A stretch of DNA of 64,000 bases from Mytilus edulis (taxonomy: Eukaryota). Shown here in pieces: positions 26,501 through 38,543 of the stretch (its first letter is position 1; each line of letters starts with the position of its first letter). Under the pieces are notes generated by a model. The model made no database searches. It was not told the origin of the DNA and worked only from the letters and a program-made list of their open reading frames with translations. The stretch is taken from positions 21,638,001 to 21,702,000 of the forward strand of contig NC_092357.1 of NCBI RefSeq assembly GCF_963676685.1, read 5' to 3'. The position numbers were made by a program, and so were the translations under genes.

Positions 26501-28866
26501 AATCGATTAAGGACAAACAAATCCGTGTAACAAACCAAACCAAAAGGGAAACACAGCAACTATAGGAAATCAAAGGAACAACAGGAACACAGAAGTGCAA
26601 CAAAAACATAAACCAACATACATAGAAACGAATTCCGATCAAATTATATTTTCAAATTGAAATTCTTTTGGTTTAAAATGGCATATCATTAAAAAGGGAA
26701 ATATATTCATATATATTTAAATTTCATGAGCAGTTTTTTACCGGCATGTACTGATTCACCACCAATTAAGTTTCCAGAGTGAACTAGACACAACAATTGT
26801 TATGGGCATGCACTGAAATTGATACTCTCAAGTTGCGTAAAACTGACAAATACTGTATAGATATAGAACAAGATATATCTTGTAGGCCAGTTATCAGGAA
26901 AAGTTCGTTAAATGATTATAAGTCGATAAAGAATTTCTTAAAAAAGATTGTATGAGTCACATAAAGTATCATCTTTGAAATCATCTGATTGATGCTGGTA
27001 ACCCTGATATATAAGTGTAGATTTTAACTTGATTTAACTTGATATATTACTATGCTGTTTAATTTTTGCTAGCATTAAAGTTTTAGTTTTTAAATAAATT
27101 ACTATGCAGTTTAATTTTAGCTCACATTAAAGTTTCATTTTTAGATGAAGAGTCGAATCAAATTTAGACACATGGTGTGATCAATCTTAATATATACAGA
27201 ATATAGATTGATAGATTAGTGTATTACTCCTAGTTCTATTGTGCTATTTTGTGATGGTCAGTTTTTTTATTTCTGGGGAAAGTTGGATTGTCCTTTGAAA
27301 ACAACTGACCTTCTGTAGCAAAACTGACAATCCTAGTCAATGAAGATTGAATCGAGCTACAGAAGATAGAATTAAACTGTTTACAATCCAGGAGAATGTG
27401 ATAAGAATTAAAGCAGGACAAATGATATTTATTAGAATACGGTTATTTTGTTTAAGCTATCAACACTGTACAGCAAATAACTATTAAACACACAATTTAT
27501 GAATTACTCAATTTCCATGTGTTTTGATTGTAATAAATATTGCTTTTTAGATTGAATATGACGTTGTTCGACTAGATGGGTGGTATACTTAAGTTTCCCA
27601 ACCTTACAGATTATTAAGTTTATTAAATATCCGTATTGGTATTGTTGTTATTATAAAAGAGCTGGGCAATATTGACTACAAATATACCATAAATATTAAA
27701 ATAGATTAAAACTATTAGTTACGACAACTCAAGGGCATAAGGATGAACAACGATCTCCAAACACAACACTGAAAACCAAAAATTGGGTGAAATAAACTCT
27801 GTTTTCCACTGACCATTTGAATAAGTGTACATTGTGCTGGATTTATTTTTATTCGTAAAAGTGGGAAAACGAAGTGAAGATTGAACGATTTTGAATACAT
27901 CTTTTAGAATAATTTAATTCTTGCACAGGTTTAATACATCAGATTTCCTCTAAGACTTCTTTATCAGTTCCAAATCATTTACTCTGTCTATTTGTGTGTT
28001 ATAAATGGAACACTAACGTTTGATTTTATCTATATTGAATGTTCATATATTTAGACATGTCTTTGTCTCCTGTGTTTTGATGCTGAGTTTTATTTTCGTA
28101 AAAATTAAAGGCGGCGTAAAAAGGCGGAGAAAGACAAACAAAATCATAGCAAGAAGAGCAAAGAAAAACAGACGATCATCAAAACACTGCACAGAAAAAA
28201 AACCTCATTGAATATCGAAGAACACGAACGACACCAAAATTCCAAGATGAGGGTCCCTATCATCCAAGTAATCACATAATCACAATTTGTTGCCAATATA
28301 CTCACATAATTATTTTCTTTTTTTTAAACAAGATAATCAAATAAACAAGATTACAGTCCTAGATTATCATATAATCCTGAAATATTTGGTCTTGTAAACA
28401 AATAATCACTATAAAAACGGCCAAGTTATAACATAATAAAAAAACCCATCAAAGGCTCGATGGTAAACTCACCTATCACGGAAAGGTAATTTGTCCCTGT
28501 CACTAATCTTTGTCATTATCACCATTGATCTTGTTAATAGAACATTCAAAACCACTTTATTTTTTTTATTGACATACACGATTAAAATATTTACCCTTGA
28601 CCTTTAGAAGGGCAGTTGTGGAAGCCCATCCTTCTGAGTTCACTGCCAAACATTGGTAGCTACCGACGTCAGCATATGTCACGTTTTCTATTTCCATGGT
28701 AACATAACCATCGACAGAAAATTCAAATTTATATCGATCACTTTTTGTTATGTTCATGTCATCTTTCAACCACGTGATTCGAGGTGTTGGATAACCTATG
28801 ACCCTGCATTCAAACCGTTTGCTGCTCCCGAAGGAAGCAAGGGTATCTTCAGGCATGGTCCCTTTT
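5435..28866 (-). CDS. Obscurin/UNC-89-like multi-exon gene (Ig, long acidic KSP-repeat region, Ig, Ig, SH3, DH RhoGEF, PH); partial
   Basis: 14 exons joined in frame with GT-AG sites and matching phases: 28595-28866, 21386-25978, 20163-20409, 15859-15953, 12478-12681, 11940-12139, 10905-11051, 9967-10091, 8917-9126, 8174-8243, 7670-7762, 7227-7322, 6205-6369, 5435-5575. Ig I-set, SH3, DH and PH motifs are recognisable in the translation. Confidence 0.85.
6205..6369 (-). CDS. Exon: DH C-terminal helix and DH-PH linker (TLIKLTAQSGGDCSGLMAAVQMLTEICRTMEDIVLLDKIEGYQGDVKQLGPVLKH)
   Basis: cag|...|gtaagt, 165 nt; resembles the Trio/obscurin linker (LxGFxGxxxxLGxLL). Confidence 0.85.
7227..7322 (-). 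CDS. Exon: DH conserved region 3 (AFSLILGDPANAFEDLMNRPLERIHEYIELLK)
   Basis: tag|...|gtaggt, 96 nt; PxxRIxxYxxLL motif. Confidence 0.85.
7670..7762 (-). CDS. Exon: DH domain (RGSFCEYVPFVSDHDKAMEDTDPDQLAALME)
   Basis: cag|...|gtagga, 93 nt, phase 0/0. Confidence 0.8.
8174..8243 (-). CDS. Exon: DH domain (TLLPSLLKTQDDAEIVGDLFTEK)
   Basis: ttcag|...|gtaagt, 70 nt, phase 2/0. Confidence 0.8.
8917..9126 (-). CDS. Exon: DH conserved region 1 (KVLADLLESETDYICDLKDLIDTY...LYQFHK)
   Basis: ccag|...|gtaagt, 210 nt; matches the ELLxTExxYVxxL DH motif. Confidence 0.85.
9967..10091 (-). CDS. Exon: SH3 end and linker (VCYAPPDLLVDTDIDNVGNVPAWNQ...)
   Basis: ttag|...|gtaagt, 125 nt, phase 0/2. Confidence 0.8.
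10905..11051 (-). CDS. Exon: SH3 domain (ECFSRRYEVVSDYHDEFNDIDLQKGEIIEVLDRSKQSHWLVK...)
   Basis: ttcag|...|gtttat, 147 nt; SH3 pattern DY...LxxGExIEVL...WLV. Confidence 0.85.
11940..12139 (-). CDS. Linker exon with short internal repeats (KAEWNQLVSSLG-like)
   Basis: Supplies the phase 1 to 0 transition needed between the Ig and SH3 exons; donor gtacgt. The acceptor could instead be the CAG near 12116. Confidence 0.6.
12478..12681 (-). CDS. Exon: Ig I-set domain, second half (GDPSPQIVWFKNGE...DAGIYMCRASNSVG)
   Basis: tatag|...|gtatat, 204 nt; W-F-K and DxGxYxCxAxN motifs. Confidence 0.9.
13139..13769. mobile_element. TA-flanked MITE (Tc1/pogo-like), copy 1
   Basis: TA|ACGTAACGGTACCCAAATTGCA ... 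TGCAAATTGGGTACCGTCACGT|TA; a second copy is at 18187-18815; it interrupts another dispersed repeat. Confidence 0.8.
15073..15242. mobile_element. Short GC-rich MITE (CAGTGGYGGATCC family); relatives at about 11101-11210, 35231-35368 and 35628-35694
   Basis: CAGTGGTGGATCC ... AATCCGCCTCTG ends; several similar copies in the window. Confidence 0.55.
15859..15953 (-). CDS. Exon: Ig domain, first half (EEQTGVPEFLKSPSNVEVIEGDIIYVECQITG)
   Basis: tgcag|...|gtaagt, 95 nt, phase 2/1. Confidence 0.9.
16634..17381. mobile_element. MITE with long repetitive TIRs, TGT...ACA ends and a 4-bp TSD (Ginger-like)
   Basis: TAAT|TGTTCCGGACCATATGAG ... CTCATATGGTCCGGAACA|TAAT; internal GGACCATAYG repeats. Confidence 0.75.
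17674..17793. mobile_element. Perfect 120-bp palindromic mini-element with a 9-bp TSD
   Basis: 59-bp perfect inverted arms around TG; TAG...CTA ends; GCATGTACC at 17665-17673 and 17794-17802. Confidence 0.85.
18187..18815. mobile_element. TA-flanked MITE (Tc1/pogo-like), copy 2
   Basis: Same TIRs and internal sequence as 13139-13769. Confidence 0.8.
18900..19450. mobile_element. Helentron/pearl-like non-autonomous element
   Basis: Degenerate ~140-bp internal repeats, a (GGAC)n tract at about 19390-19421, then the terminal palindrome TATGCCACC...GGTGGCATA; the left boundary is approximate. Confidence 0.5.
19510..20065 (+). pseudogene. Decayed Penelope-like (Naiad-type) RT fragment
   Basis: Translates to MLEFLVDSLFVGFGGRRFQ*IVGIPTG..NCA..., KYVD.VLSINN and IYDERD, with stops and frameshifts; homologous to the RT at 58790-59340. 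Confidence 0.75.
20163..20409 (-). CDS. Exon: Ig domain, second half (GFPEPEVVIFKDG...DAGLYEICAVNSSG)
   Basis: ctag|...|gtacaa, 247 nt, phase 1/2. Confidence 0.88.
21097..21373. repeat. 71-bp imperfect inverted repeat (21097-21167 / 21303-21373) next to the donor site of the giant exon
   Basis: TTTTACAGCAAAATGCCTT...TTGCTTGCTAGCTGAACC matches the reverse complement of GGTTCAGGTAGCAAGCAA...AAGGCATTTTGCTGTAAAA. Confidence 0.8.
21386..25978 (-). CDS. Giant 4593-nt exon: acidic, low-complexity region with 36-aa KSPTK repeats, ending in the start of an Ig domain (PRIVKGPSSITAIDSEEIILQWTITG)
   Basis: Open 1529-aa ORF; acceptor ttgtag|GT at 25978 and donor G|gtaaat at 21386; phase 1/1. Confidence 0.9.
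22700..23850 (-). repeat. Coding tandem repeat, about 10 x 108 nt (36 aa, made of two 18-aa halves)
   Basis: Recurring KSPTKDVIGELVSDIDIxESPNKDxxIGIxxDFDND units; boundaries approximate. Confidence 0.85.
28595..28866 (-). CDS. Exon: complete Ig I-set domain (MPEDTLASFGSSKRFECRVIGYPTPRITWLKD...DVGSYQCLAVNSEG)
   Basis: tttag|...G|gtaaat, 272 nt; canonical I-set motifs. Confidence 0.9.
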
Positions 28867-29689
28867 CTAAAAATAGAACGCATACTTCATTTATTACTGG
28901 ATACATTCAAATATATTTTTGGTATTGCATTAATGTGTAGAACTATTTGTTTTCGCCTCAGCTGTTAATTTCAAAATAGAGTCTAAATATATTGGTTGAT
29001 TTCTGGATGCTTAACGTCCAGTGTCAAATATTCAGGACGATGACAATATATACAATAGGAAAGTAATGTAATGAGGGTCGAGCAGGATGAAGGTTCGGAA
29101 ATTTGGAATGCTACTGTGAAATGAGGGTACATTGAAAATGGACAAAAATTTAGCCTTGCAACAGGTCACATAAGAACCCTAGGCTCAAAGAGTTGTCTCT
29201 AAGGTAAACGTGTCACTCTGTCTACACGAGGCACATTTAACGTTTAAAGAAGCATTGAATACTTAAATGAATATTAAAAATGACGGATATAATAACTATA
29301 GAAAAAAATTCTGGATTATGCAGTGGTTTTGATTCATGACCATGTATTTATCTCTAATGGGTCTCACTTGGTGTCAATCTTTCACAAATTCTGTACTAAG
29401 TCAGGAATATGAGAGTTGTTATCCACTCGTTTGATGTGTTTGAGCTTTTGATTTTGCCATTTGATTAGGGACTTTCCGTTTTGAATATTATTGTGATTTT
29501 ACTTTTTAACATAAATGGATATCGTATGTGCATTTGCAAAATAGAACCATGTCGGGGCCTTTTATAAATTGCTATGGGTGTGTGTTTTTCTCTCATTGTT
29601 AATTGAAAGCAATTATGATACATCTTATTGTTTTACAAAAAGGTCTCGACTCATATGTGACAGAAATCTATTATACCACAATATATATA

Positions 29690-30400
29690 TCAATATAATT
29701 ATTTATGTGACTGTATCTTGCATTAACGTGTAGGATCCTTTACAATATATAATTCAGCTGATCTGTAACAATACCATCTTCATGCCTTATATATCATGTA
29801 CTGCATTACGACGCTAGATTAAAACTGACGAGGAAAGGTAACACCCGGTCACCGAAAGCCTTATTTTTGTGAATCTAAGGTGGTCGAGTGGTCTAGCGCG
29901 TCGGATACCATGCAGGCGATTTGGTGTAATGATATCTCAGTAGCATGAGGTCGAATCCCACGGTGGGAAGAATAAAAAAAATTGCTGGTGATACAATGGA
30001 TAAATCTGTTGTAGATCTAGAGTTGTCACTGGTTCAGACGTACTTATAAATATAATTACTTCTGTGACTGTATCTTGCATTAATTTGTAGGATCCTTTAC
30101 AATAGATAATTCAGCTGATCTGTAACAATACCATCTTCATGCCTTATATATCAGGTACTGTATTACGATGCTAGATTAAAACTGACGAGTTAATGTAACA
30201 CCCGGCCACCGAAAGCTTTATTTTTTGTGAAGCTAAAGTGGTCGAGTGGTCTAGCGCGTCGGATAAAGTGCAGGCGATTTGGTGTCACGATATCTCAGAA
30301 GCATGAGTTCGAATCCCGCCGAGGGAAGAACAAAACATTTGCAAAAGCAAATTTACAGATCTAACATTGTTGGGCTGATGTTAAGACGAGTTGTATATGA
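29690..30400 (+). repeat. Tandem pair of ~357-bp units, each containing a tRNA-Leu/Ser-like Pol III module (SINE-like)
   Basis: A box TGGTCGAGTGG at 29881 and 30238; B-box-like GGTCGAATCC at 29949 and GTTCGAATCC at 30307; no proper acceptor stem. Confidence 0.65.
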
Positions 30401-31814
30401 TGATTATAATATGTGTTCAAATAAGTTTCAATTGGAAAAAACATAGAAGAAACGAAAGAGTGCAACCAATAGCCCAAATACCAAAATCGATTGAAGTCAG
30501 GCAACTCCATGACCAAAAATAAAAGACACCGAAAAGACAAACAACTGTATACAAAACCCCACACACAATTTTGCCGCTCTGCTTGGGAGAGAACTCATGT
30601 GCGATAAATTAACCAAGGTATGATTTATTGAGAGTTATCCAACTTGTCAGAATCGTTCTAAATTTGCGAAAAATTAGAGATAAAAGTGTGAATAATTCAT
30701 TTTCTACGTTGTTGATTATATATATCACATACACCGACAGCCATCAATCAACGTATTAATCTTAGCCGTTAATATTTTGATATTATTAGCATAGGTTATA
30801 AAATAGACGACCGCTTTCAAGTGTATATATAACCAATTGAACAAATCATTTAGGTATCTCAATATGTTGAGTTCGAAACACTTTTCTTGATGATCGATAA
30901 GGGTGGTTTTAACGACCTTGACTAAAGCTACCCATGAGGGTATAGCACGATGAGCAAAAAATAAATAAAAAACATGGAATTAGATTAGGTAATCGTTAAA
31001 CAAAAATTAGTAAATGATTTGACAAAGGGGATGTCTTGTATACTTTAGTGCGACTGCAGCCCTACACAAATGCAAAAATTATCAATATAAATGCTGATTT
31101 GAACACTAGACAAATACAGGATCATTATCGACCCGATTCGAAACAAACATTGGTAGAAAAGGGTAAAGGTACAGTCGTGAATAGTTCAAACAAGACATAA
31201 AATTGAGAATGGAAATGGGAAATATGTCATAGAGACAACAACCTGATCAAAGAGTAGAAAACAGCCGAAGGATACAAATTGGTCTTCAACAACTGCTTAA
31301 ATATCACGATTGAATTTAAGTTGAAAGTGAATTATGAAGGGTACATGTATATAGTTTTAAATAAAATTATTATTATTAGTGATCTATGTAAATGAGGTCA
31401 AGGTCAGATAAACCCAAGCATACATGTTCACCTAACAATATAACCATACATCAAATATAGTTAATCTAATGATTATGGTATAGTACACGAGAAACGGACA
31501 TAATCATAAAAAAGAAGATTAACAAATGAACCATGAAAATGAGGTCAAGGTCGAATGAACCATGCCAGAAGCCATGTACTCCATGCCATTATTTCATACA
31601 CCAAATAAATTCTACCAATTACTTACAGTATATGAAAAACCTACATTACCATAAAAAAATTACTTTGACAAATAAACAGTGACAATCAGGTCACGACAAA
31701 TGAATCCTACCAGGCAAATATGAAATATGTCACACAAATATAAGTGAGCTATTGCAAATAGTTTGTGATCAACAGAAAAAATTAAAATCAACATTGATCA
31801 ATGAAACATATTAA

Positions 31815-32387
31815 AGTCATAAGAAACCTCAAATCAAAAAAAAATAATGCATATGATTTTTATAACTCAATGGATAGTTTTCATTATAAAACTTATGTAC
31901 ATATACTTTTTTCTGAAGAAAATTCTTTAATTTATTCATATTTAGAAGAAGTTTACTTTATTTGAATAGCTTCCTTCCAGCAAGCTATTCCCCCGACATA
32001 TTTTCCGTATGCAAGGTGACCTCAGTGTGGCCCATCTCGTAAAAATCCGGTGACCACAATACGCATGGATGTCCTTAAAATAAACTATTATCTGAATTTA
32101 CATGTTAAACACGTGCTCAATTTCCATGCTTTTTTGTTTATTTTTCGTCAATTGTTGACAAACAGGTGACAATCGTTAAACTTCGGCTTCAAAACACGAA
32201 CTTTAATTACCTGCCATATTTTCACAACAACACTGACCGATTGAGAAAAAAAATTGACAATTATACGAAATTTACACGAAAAAAATGATAAATTCGAGCA
32301 CAGAAGACGAAGTTTAGGATGTTTGTATGCATTAGTTCAAGAATTGGAAGAACATTATTTTTCACCGGTCACTCGTTTCTTATGACT
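31815..32387. mobile_element. Kolobok-like MITE (TTAA TSD)
   Basis: TTAA|AGTCATAAGAAAC ... GTTTCTTATGACT|TTAA, a perfect 13-bp TIR. Confidence 0.8.
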
Positions 32388-35300
32388 TTAATGAGGACAA
32401 GGTCAGATGGATGCATTCAGACGACATATACGTATTACAATTATCTTTTTACACAAAATATAGTTGACCTATTGTATGATATTTGACAAATGAACCAAAT
32501 AAAAAAAACATTGATCAATGAACCATGAAATGAAGGTCAAGGTCAAATAAAACCTGCCAGTGAGACATGTCTACGTAACACTAATTCCATACACAAAATA
32601 TAGTCGACCTGTTGCTTATAGTATCTTTAAGCTTCTAATAGACCAAGGCTCACTGTTTATATGTCAACAATGACGAAAACCTATACCGTGTATTCGGTTA
32701 TGAAAGACAACGGTATGACAGAATGTCAAACAAATTAATTCAAACAAAAAAACAACAACAATGACCTGATTTATGACAAAACAATAAACGAAAAACAGAT
32801 ACACAGAATCACAGGTCCCTGACATGGGATAAAACATACAGATTCTGCGCGTGGTGACGCTAAACATTTTAGTGAGAGCTTTATCAGTATACAGATGTGG
32901 ATCAGGAATCCAGGCCTCACTGTGACTTTGTTAGATGACTGAAGAACGGCGACCAAGGTCAGGGAAATATTATACTTTTGCATAGCCAGGGCCTGTGTGC
33001 CTGTGCTGATTTTGTGTCATTGATGAAAACCCTCTATCCTTTCTTTTCTAGATATAGTGTACATGTATCTACTGTGAAGGACACAACTTCAGTGCAGTCG
33101 TTTTCTTTGCCGTTTCGGAAATGTCGAAAATACATGAATCATCCAGCTTACTATAAAAAGTATTTATTGATGAACGATCAATTCCACATAAGTAATCAAT
33201 CAAAACACATGAATGATTTCTGGTAAACATTTTTGAATAGAGTGGAAAAACGGACAGATTTTGGTATATATATTTATGTTATTAACGTCTTTATGTATTA
33301 TGCGTGGGAGGTTTATCATACGCACTTTCTGTGTCTATGGATTTTTGTTTGATTTATACCAGGTTTGCCCATGCTAACTCTGCGATTTACACTTTGTTAG
33401 ACCGGTGACGATACAGTAACTGTATATTTTATGGCTTAAGATTTTTGTCTGTCTTTTCTGTTGTTTGATTGCCGTCTTATTGAAGTACGTGTATACCCCA
33501 AATATCTTTTAGTTCATTTGGGAAAACTGTTAATTAGTGTGTGCCTAATGTTCAGTGGCAAATAGTTCATGCGTATTCAGGACAACAAAAGAAAACAATA
33601 AATCAAATTAAAGAAGCTATGCATAGTTGGTCGGCTTGGTTTGTGAAGTTGGATGACGAAACATTTGAACCGCCAGTGAGAAGGTTACTGCATTGTCAAC
33701 CCCCCCCCCCCCAAAAAAAAATATAAAAAAATAAAGGGGAAGCCTTTTGCAGCATGCATAGGGCATTTTTACTCATATTTTTTTCATTCGTCCCGCTTGT
33801 GATATCTAACGTATTATAATGCACTAATGCATGGAAAACACATACAAATAATAGATCCATGTATGTATTTCCTTTTGGAAAATAATTACCAGTAACATAT
33901 GTCTCTCTCTTTCTCATGTTCCTTTCTTTCCTCCTTATTTTTTTTTTATACATGCGGTAAGATGAGAATGATGAATAGCAACAAAAAAAGTAAAAAAACA
34001 AAAAAACGTTTATTTACATAAACCGATAGAATCAACATAAAACAGATAATCTGAAGTCGATACAGTGTAAGATGGAGATAAGAAGTCCGAAAATAGATAG
34101 GAAATCTTTTTGGAAGATCTTTACACTATCAAAAATCAAAATCTAGTACTTTGGGGTTTTTGTATACAATTTTCTGCAAAACGCTTACTATTTCTACAAG
34201 TTTTAATCTGTCTTGTGTACATTTGTAAATTTTACTTTTGAATCATGCACGTGTTTTCTGCATATCATTCAATAATTTGATTAATAATATACAGTCAGCC
34301 TCATGGTAATTTTTTTTTATAGATGCAAACTATCAAAGCGAAATATTTTTTTTTTCACAAATGTTTAAATAAGCTTACGTACGCTAACCCAGCTTTCCTT
34401 ATTTCAGGACAAAAACAAACAAAAAAAGAAAAAAAAAACAAAAAAAAACACAACAACAATCAAATAAACAGAACAAAAAAAAAAGCTAACTTTTACACTC
34501 AATCATCGGGTTAAACATGTGCGCAGTTAATTAATTGTGTGTTTTTTGTTCATTTTCACCATCAGTTAGAATTTACAATACATGTACATACATTTCCACT
34601 TTATCGAAAACAAAAGCAATCTATTGACTTCAAATTAAAGAGCACATGATATCGATCATCAAGATCAGATGTTTGGAATTATACCTTATCTCTATGATAA
34701 GAAATCATGATTGTTTGCAAACAGAAACATCCACAAGAGATCCAAATCAATCTATATGTAGTAAAATACAAAATAGTAATATGAATCAAAATACGTAGCT
34801 TTCTCGGTAAATTGGTGCAAAACAAGTTTGAAAGCGTCAGAAAAATGCCAATAATCGCTAATTAATTTGATTATTCAATGAAAGATCTTTGATTCGAATA
34901 CCTATCTGTTATATTAGCTTGATCGTTATTTCTAATTGAAGTTCCTCCTTTCACTTTTATAGATACACCTGTTATTTGTGTTGTTGGATGAGGGACTGAT
35001 TGGGAGGGTATTTCAATTTTTAAATACTATAATTTGTCAATCCAATTTTGTCTGTTCTTTTCAAGTTTTGCATTTTTTTCTCATGTTCTCTATATTTGAC
35101 ACCCCCATTTTTACCTATTATTTATATTTTAGCACGCCATTATTTTCTTTTTACTCTATTTCTAAGCCTTTTTTCACTATTCTTTATCCCCTCTTTTTCT
35201 GTAGTATTTGCCTATTAATCTCTATTCTATCAGGGGCGGATCCATCCATTTTAAAAGGGGGTTTCCAGCCCAGGACAAAGGGGGGTTCAAACTATATGTC

Positions 35301-35454
35301 CCCATTCAAATGCATTGATCGTAAAAAAAAAGGGGGGGGGTCCGGGGGTCCCCCTGGATCCTCCACTGTTCTATGGACCTCATCCAGACCCCTTTTTCTG
35401 TACGTACCAGTCTGTTGTATAGGTTACCACCGGCCAACACTACAAGAATATTAA

Positions 35455-35630
35455 TAACATGGAGAAAGAACATAGTGAATGTGTCAACGCGACAACAACC
35501 CGACCATAGAGCAGACAACAGCCAAAGACCACCAATAGGTCTTCAATGAAGCGAGAAACTCCCGTACTCGGAGGCGTCATTCAGCTGGTCCCTAAACAAA
35601 TATGTATACTAGTTCAGCGATAATGGACTG
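35455..35630 (-). repeat. Dispersed diverged copy of the Naiad pseudo-LTR sequence
   Basis: The reverse complement aligns with 60120-60275 (GTCCATTATC...CCAGCTGAA...TTGAAGACC...CTCTATGGTCGGG). Confidence 0.7.
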
Positions 35631-36087
35631 GAGCGGGCCCCCTCTTAGGTAAGTCAGTGGGCCCCCACTTATGAAAATTTCTGGATCCGCCACTGGATTT
35701 TATCTGTCCTTGTACACTACCGCCTGACAAAATAGAAAACTGATAGACAAAAGAATTTAAGACAGACAAATCATCATGCATGTGTTTGAGTGGATTACTG
35801 CATTGTAGTTATATAGTCATGAAAGAACTCGAACGATACTGTCAAAAAATTGCAATCCTAAGCGACATGAAAAACAAGACCGATACAAATATAAATAAAT
35901 ACCACGGTTTTATATTAATAAAAAAAGAAATAATACACATGTGTGTAAATAACTCAAATAATACGCCTTAATTTCATGCTTATTGAAAATATCAAATCCA
36001 GGTTTGAATGTATATACAACACAAGGTATAGTGGTAAATAAAATGTTACACATATTTTAACCATAACAATTTTCCGTACATGTTCAA

Positions 36088-38282
36088 GAGAATCTCAATA
36101 GGACATTTGAGCGAAAAAGAAAAAAGCACATAGGGTCATTTGAGCGCCGACTTCATAGGACATTTGAGCGCCGGGATATTAACCTTACCTGAGTTTTCAG
36201 ACAGGACATTTGAGCGAAATTTTCCCTGATAATTTTACACGAAGTAATTCGACCGGTTCTGGCTGGTTTATGTAAGTGAAATCCTAAGTTGATCTCTATT
36301 TACCAATCAATTCTACTATAATTCATTGGCTATGCAAATTTTCTTTGTTCTAAAATTCTTATATATATATCTATTAAGTGAAATGTCCCTTGGCACTTGA
36401 AATCTTAATACTAATAATACATGTACGTGTTAAAATGGATATTATTTTGACCGAGACTAATAAGGGAAAAAGAAGCCTTGTTTGTGACAGTTTCCGATAT
36501 AGAGTGGACAAAACACTAAAAGGAGAAGAAATATCCTGGAGATGTACAGTAAGTACCTTTTTTTACAAATTTAATGTTAATGTAAACTACTTGTTCGTCT
36601 GTTACGCTTCAACTTCCATAACTTCTTTTAATTTTGATTTATATCTATATCATTATATGTCTATCTTATACCTCCTTTAGATTAATTTTTTAACACATTT
36701 GAATATAAGCTACCACATATAGGGTTAGGTTGATTTTCTAGGCACTTTACAATATTCATACAATACACTGTAAAAATTGTGCTTAGAGCCTAAACATGTT
36801 TAGGAAAATGTTTAGAAGCTAAACACATAAATGTCTGTGGTGTTCCCATTCTAAACATGTTATGAATTTCATTTCATTTCATTTCATACTACATCTTATT
36901 TTTATGTCTTGCAATAGCAAATGAAAAAGCATTTAAACACTTCAATTGTATTTGTCCTTTCAATATTTTTCAGGCAAAAGGTTGCAAAGCAAGACTGAGG
37001 ACGGATTGTACCGGAACCGTTATAATTCAACAGAAAAATACTCATAACCATGATACCAGTGATCGTGACAATGAACGTCACTTGCTGCGGGTACGATCAA
37101 AAAGAAAAGCGGATGATGTTATGTCCCTCTTGTATTCTGCTTACTTCCTGGAAAGTCTGAAGAAATTTACGTGAATTGCTTTTCCTCAATTGTCAAGCTA
37201 TGTTCCGATCAAGGTCACACACTTCAACCGAAAGCAGTACACGTCGATTTTGAAGAACGGGTAATGAAAGTTATGAAGGATTTTTTCCCGTCTATAGAGA
37301 TCAAATGCTGTAGGTTTCACTTAGGCCAAGCCTGGTGGCGAAAAATCCAGAAAGTTGGACTTAGTCAACAATACAAAGAGCTTGATTCAGACATTAGTAA
37401 ATGGCTTAAAGGGATTTTTGGGATAGCCTTTTTAGCTCCAGACGAAGTAGCCGACTGTTTCGTAGAAGATTTTATGGCCGTTGTACCTAACGACAAGCCT
37501 TGTATAGAATTTGCAGATTACCTGACTGATACTTATATAACAGATGAATCGTTATTTCCCCCTCATCTCTGGGCCGAAGTTCCATCCTCGTTAAAACGTA
37601 CTAACAATGGGCCCGAATCATTTCATGCCCATTATAACGAGCAGTTCTATCACAGTCATCCATCAATTTATATTTTCCTTGACACTATTATCAAATTGCA
37701 ATCTGTGACTTACATAAAAATTCGGAGTTTGAACATTGATGCACCGCAGAGCCGAACAGAAAAGGAGAAGGAACAGAATCTCCGGGATTTGCATTCGAAA
37801 TACTGCCAGCAGGAAATTACGAGGGATTTTTATGTCAGAAGCCTGGGATATAAGTTCCAAGCCCGAACAGACTTGTAAATAATGCCGTTGCCGAGTTTTA
37901 TGTTTTATGACAGTGCTTTGTTTTTAGTGCTTTGTTTACAATTAAAAGATGTTTTAATCTTTTTGTTGGTAAACTCCTGTTTTATGACTGTGCTTTGTTT
38001 TTAGTGCTTTGTTTTTTACAATTAAAATATGTTTTAATCTTTTTGTTGGTAAACTCCTCATTTAATGAACTATATTCGTAAGAAAATGTGGTATGATTGC
38101 CAATAAGACAATTCTCTATCCAAGACTTGTTTTCGCTCAAATGTCCTACGCTTATTCTTATTTTTGCTCAAATGTCCTAAAATTTAGGCGCTCAAATGTC
38201 CTATACTTTGGCGCTCAAACGTCCTTTTTTTTCGCTCAAATGTCCTGTCAATGCGCTCAAATGTCCATTGCTGTAAAATCTC
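36088..38282 (+). mobile_element. MULE (Mutator-like) DNA transposon, internally deleted
   Basis: TIRs built of repeated AGGACATTTGAGCG (left) and CGCTCAAATGTCC (right); encloses a FLYWCH plus MULE transposase gene; no clear TSD, so the ends are approximate. Confidence 0.85.
36435..37878 (+). pseudogene. FLYWCH-MULE transposase, spliced (36435-36548, then from 36974), with a deletion and frameshift at about 37118
   Basis: Exon 1 MDIILTETNKGK...WRCT|gtaagt; exon 2 AKGCKARL...HNH; then a frame jump to YVPLVFCLLPGKS...VDFE...CRFHLGQAWWRKI...RTNNGPESFH. The segment carrying the first catalytic Asp (DGTF-type) is missing. Confidence 0.85.
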
Positions 38283-38543
38283 TAATTTGGCATTAGAATT
38301 AGAAAGATCATATCATAAGGAACATGTTTCAAGTTGATTGGACTTCAACTTCATCAAAAACTACCTCGACCAAAAACTTTAACCTGAAGCGGGACAGACG
38401 GATGAACGAACGAACAGACGGACGGACGAACGGACGCACAGACTAACATAATGCTCATAAATGGGGCATAAAAAATAGAATAAAGGACAAAAAGTAACGC
38501 ATAGAGAAAATATGCCAAACAAATAAAGAATAGAGAATAATAG

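Noticed and set aside
29825-29862. Hammerhead-like CTGACGA...CGAAA in the 357-bp repeat (also at about 30182-30220)
   Set aside because: Stems I, II and III do not pair convincingly in either copy.
29877-29968. Functional tRNA gene
   Set aside because: A and B boxes are present, but the acceptor and anticodon stems do not form; treated as a tRNA-derived repeat.
32872-33225. GC-richer island that might be a snoRNA, structured RNA or coding remnant
   Set aside because: Some stems can be drawn, but there are no convincing C/D or H/ACA boxes, and the translations have stops and no recognisable domain.
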